Shown here: positions 60,353-64,000 of the stretch, piece by piece
Layout: every line of letters begins with the position of its first letter
How positions within the stretch are numbered: position 1 is the first letter of the stretch
Assembly: GCA_012295275.1 (NCBI GenBank)
Contig: CM022674.1
Location: 12,524,001 to 12,588,000 of the forward strand
Direction of reading: 5' to 3'
Length of the DNA stretch: 64,000 bases
From: Chrysomallon squamiferum
Taxonomy: Eukaryota; Animalia; Mollusca
Translations under genes and position numbers: made by a program
The notes under the pieces: generated by a model
What the model was told of the DNA's origin: nothing
The model's input: the letters and a program-made list of their open reading frames with translations, nothing else
The model's database searches: none

Positions 60353-60507
60353 ATAATAATAATAATAATAATTTTAAAAACTCTTGTTTTCAGTTCATTG
60401 TTGGTGATTTCTCATACAATTTCACGCTGCCTGTACCAGCCAAACAAGTCAAATGCGTTGCAGTAAACAAGGATGTTTTTATTAACAAACTGCACTTTCT
60501 CTTTTAA
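53160..60507 (+). CDS. Predicted secreted multidomain lectin: signal peptide - PAN/Apple - 4-Cys (FOLN/EGF-like) - Sushi/CCP - galectin-like CRD, 327 aa
   Basis: Exons 53160-53456, 54634-54718, 55201-55391, 56761-56849, 57297-57504, 60394-60507 join in frame (984 nt, intron phases 0,1,0,2,0). PAN: CKNLCDSRPACRAFNYNTKTREC. 4-Cys: CSDKNCEASQICVQIASDRTC. Sushi: CKIPRIKFG...GSRGSVRCDEYFRFFG...CESTGVFSGLHGDC. Galectin-like: FDVNF...FHMDGRF...VVFN...W...FPFKLGTRFKLRI. Confidence 0.85.
53518..54082. repeat. (CA)n/(CATA)n compound microsatellite in lectin intron 1
   Basis: Direct inspection. Confidence 0.95.
55800..56616. mobile_element. Non-autonomous DNA transposon (MITE, 817 bp) with long TIRs, possibly Sola-like, in intron 3 of the lectin gene
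   Basis: Termini GGGTCATTCCATGTCAAATC and GATTTGACACGGAATGACCC. Inverted arms of about 270-290 bp (55800-56090 vs 56345-56616). Flanked by ATAT on both sides. No ORF. Confidence 0.9.
57539..58347. mobile_element. Older non-autonomous TIR element (about 809 bp) in intron 5 of the lectin gene
   Basis: Left end CAGTGGTCTCGC...AAGAGATGGTGGG; right end CCCACCATCTCTT...GCGAGACCTCTG (imperfect TIR of about 37 bp). TGTAT flanks both sides, but in a microsatellite-like context. Confidence 0.65.
58348..60372. repeat. (TG/TA)-rich low-complexity tract with a 36-42 bp repeat (atagtttacatgtgaatgtgaagggtatatgtgtgtatac) at about 58855-59160
   Basis: Direct inspection. Confidence 0.85.
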
Positions 60508-60867
60508 CTATCACATTTCTTGTCAGCCTGCTGGCTGGGCTATTTCCCGATCTACCCAGACTCAAAAACTGCTTTATCAGTCTGTCTCTATGATTCACTG
60601 ACTGTCTTTCTGATTGTATGATTGTATCTATCATTCTGTCTTTGTTTATCTGTGTGTGGCTTTGTTGACTTTTTATATGGCTGTGTACGTTTCCTTTGTC
60701 TTTCAGTTTGAACAGGCATCTTTTTTTTTCTTTCAGTTGTGTGGTTATTTGTTTCTGTCTGAATGACTCTGACTGCGTGGCTGTATCTGTTTGTATTTAT
60801 TTATTGCTCTGTCTGCCTCATATTAATGCTGCCAAGTCATTTTTGAATCATTTTGAGTGCATTTTTA

Positions 60868-60873
60868 AATAAA
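60868..60873 (+). terminator. Candidate polyadenylation signal of the lectin gene
   Basis: AATAAA about 360 nt after the stop, followed by T-rich sequence. Confidence 0.4.
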
Positions 60874-63222
60874 ACTTTTTCTTCTGTTTTTAAGCCTGTA
60901 TGCAGTTTTGTTTCGTTTAATATCACTATAATATATATTAGCTTTCTGTTGCTGGAGTTTAGATGAACATGCATACATGCACACACACATATTCATAATA
61001 TTTAAGACAGAAAATCTTGATAAGAAAAACTAAAATACGTTTTTTATGTATTATATGTTTTATTATGTATTTCTTGTATGTAAAAACCAAATTAAATAAC
61101 AAAACAAATAAAAAAATACATTTTAAGAGTATTTAATTCTCACATATTGTTACATATTAATAAATACTTATAAATAAACAAAATCATAACAATTATAACA
61201 TAACTCTCACAAAGGGAGGTAATTTTGATTTAGTTCATCTTTTTGTTTAATTTGACATTTATAAAAATCTGTTACAAATATGATCAAATGTTTTTAAAAT
61301 TTTATTTATTTTATAACTATTTTGTTTTAATATAGATAATTTAAATGAAAAAATACAATGAAAAAAATTAATTAAAACAAATCATTATTATTACTGCTCT
61401 ACTATAATTGCTATTATTATTATTATTATTATTACTATAATTATTATTGTTATTATTATTACTACTATAATTATTATTGTTGTTATTATTATTATTATTA
61501 TAATTATTATTATTTTTTTTTTTTTTGAACTGATAAAAGAATTCAGCAATATTTTACTGAAATAATAAAATAGTTCATATTAATCTTCAAACAAGATAAA
61601 TTTGCTTCACATGATTGGACAAAAAAAAAAGAAAAAAAAGAAAACTTTTCACGAGTATCATTTTGAAACTGTTTTTAAGCACACAATCAAATATATTGCT
61701 ATGTTCCATCAACCACGAAAATAATTTGTTATTATTACCTGCACAATAAAATGAATAAAAATCATAATACACCAAGTAAAATAAAAATGGTATGAATTAT
61801 TTATAATGCATTAATCTTTTTTGTAAAATGAAATTATATACAATTTTTTTTTAACAAAATCACAGTGCATATTAAAAAAGATTATCATATATAGTCACAC
61901 ACCATAATACACACCCACACATGCACACAGAGGGGGACAGAATGAATTATCTAGGTAAAGAATGAAACTTAAAAACAGTATCAGAGAGACAGAAAGAGTG
62001 AGAGGAACAAAGGGAAAAGGCAAAAAATGAAAACGGGAATAATGGGCACTGTGAAAAAAAAATGTGGGCTGTGTGTGTGGTCACCATAAAAAATCTTTTA
62101 CATTCTACCTTCTCACATACAGGAGATCGCAAACCACAACTTGATAAACTAATGATGGAGCAATGGTTGGAATGTGAAATGGCACGGTTTTTTTGCGGAT
62201 AGATTCAGTGACTTGTAGTAACCATTGAAACACAGAGACAGATTCAGTGACTTGTAGTAACCATTGAAACACAGCCAAACACCTGTTTTGAAAGAGGACA
62301 AGCAAGGACTGTACAATGGAAAATGCACGAATGATTTATCAGTAAAACAGTGGTCATTAAAACGAAGCTGGTATTTATTTTTAATCTACTCAGCTGAAAA
62401 ACAAATCTTATAAAAACATCAAAACACCTGGCCCTTATTTTTAATATCTCACACATGATGATAAATAAAAACTGCAGAAAGCACCAAAATATATTGGAAC
62501 CAAAATTTCAGGAAAAGAGAATGAGTATTAAAATAAAAAACAATCTCTGAATTTGGTTGGTAGAAATGGTATCTGCATTGAAAGCCCATTCCCTTCATCT
62601 CTGAAGATTAAAATAGGTATAATTTCCATGTAGTTTGTTTAATTTCATTTGTATGTGTATTCCAAGTTTAGGAAACGGCATCAACTTTGTAAATGCATAG
62701 AAACCTTGTGGGACTTGATGAATGCCACTTTGTGATAAAATAAAAATAACAGAATAAATAAGTTACATCTAATCATTCAAATTTGTTTTTCTTAATTTTT
62801 TTCTCTTTTGTTATTATCATTTGTTTTTCTCTCTTTCATTTTTTTTTAAACGAGTTACCTCCATAAAAAATAAAAAATAAAAATCTTTTAAACCAGCTTG
62901 AGAAAATTAATTTTTAATTTTACATCACTGTAATTTCTTTGGCATTCGGATGAGACTAGGAGTTTTGCAGGATGTTTTTGTTTGTTGCTTTCTTTGTTCT
63001 TTCTTTGGCACATATTTAAATATTTAAAAAAATAAAATATATAAAAAAATAAAAAAATTTGAATTAAATTTGATAAATTATTAAAATTAAAACCAAACAT
63101 TACACATTTCTAGAACATCATCGTATGACGAAAACAATAAAATGATTGAAAATCTCCATACCATGACAATAAAAATTATTAAAAACTTAATTATTTTATA
63201 ATTTAAAAAAAATATTCAAATT

Positions 63223-63949
63223 CTAAGCTAAAAGCGGTTGTCTTTCGTCATCTTCTATATTTTGTCTTCCATTAGCTTTTGAAATGCTCTTCTTTTGACT
63301 GGGAACTTTCAGCTTGCTGAATGAAAAAAGCAGCATCAACTAAAAAGACAGAAAAAAAAAGAAAAAACAAATTTTCACATGAAACAAAACAAAAAATAGT
63401 TTTTACTTAGCTTTGTTTAATGCTTGGGTTAAAGTTTGCTGAATTTAACTAATATGTTTTTTGTTTTTACATTGCCTGAAGAGTGAATATCAAATTATAT
63501 TATTTATTACTTTAATATCAACTATGGAAAAACAAATGAAGGTATTCTGGTTAATTAAGAAAATACTTTTAATATACTGTAAAATATTTTGTTAAAATTT
63601 GTAAATTTTTGTATAAATAGATTTTATACTTCTTTCTTTATAGAATAATTCCACACATGCACACATAGATCCAGGAACATAATTACATACATAAAGATAT
63701 ACACACCCACATATTCATATACACAATGACACATAAATATACACACAAACACATATATACACATATACACCTATGATTATTTGCCACCACCAGTAACTGT
63801 CAATCAAACCTAACCCACCAATGAGAGACCAACAAATGCAGTCATCACTCCCACCATAATGTAAGGCATGTCTATTGTTGACCCCGCCCATAAAGGGGCT
63901 AAAATTGTTGCTATTCCTATAAAACTTCTTCTAATGCCTTGTCCCAAAC
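63223..63949 (-). CDS. MFS transporter, MFSD8/CLN7-like; last two coding exons (gene continues beyond the window)
   Basis: Exon 63949-63819 encodes GLGQGIRRSFIGIATILAPLWAGSTIDMPYIMVGVMTAFVGLSL (TM11-12-like). Exon 63339-63223 encodes LMLLFSFSKLKVP...EDDERQPLLA*. Splice sites are canonical (ttttag, gtgggt) with a phase-0 join. Neither exon is in the ORF track. The family assignment is from recognised motif similarity. Confidence 0.75.
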
Positions 63950-64000
63950 CTAAAATAAAATAAGAAATTTAAACAATAATAATCTCTGATATAACAATTC

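Overview
AT-rich, microsatellite-dense eukaryotic genomic DNA; the gene content suggests an invertebrate, probably a mollusc-like lophotrochozoan (inference). I assembled three spliced genes by hand from GT-AG boundaries and reading-frame phase. (1) 1-45802 (+): the 3' part of perlecan (HSPG2/unc-52/trol), 58 exons encoding three laminin-IV (L4) modules with laminin-EGF repeats, 12 Ig domains and LG1-EGF-EGF-LG2-EGF-EGF-LG3. There are three local frame breaks, probably assembly errors. A frame-preserving 75-nt Arg-rich, RGD-containing candidate cassette exon (37827-37901) lies in the 6.2-kb LG2 intron, close to where agrin's y insert sits. (2) 53160-60507 (+): a 6-exon, 327-aa predicted secreted protein with a signal peptide, PAN/Apple, 4-Cys module, Sushi/CCP and galectin-like domains; two of its introns carry MITE-like elements. 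(3) 63223-63949 (-): the last two coding exons of an MFSD8-like MFS transporter ending in a dileucine sorting motif. Many perlecan introns carry tandem repeats that copy or abut splice sites. Most ORFs in the supplied track are microsatellite artefacts.
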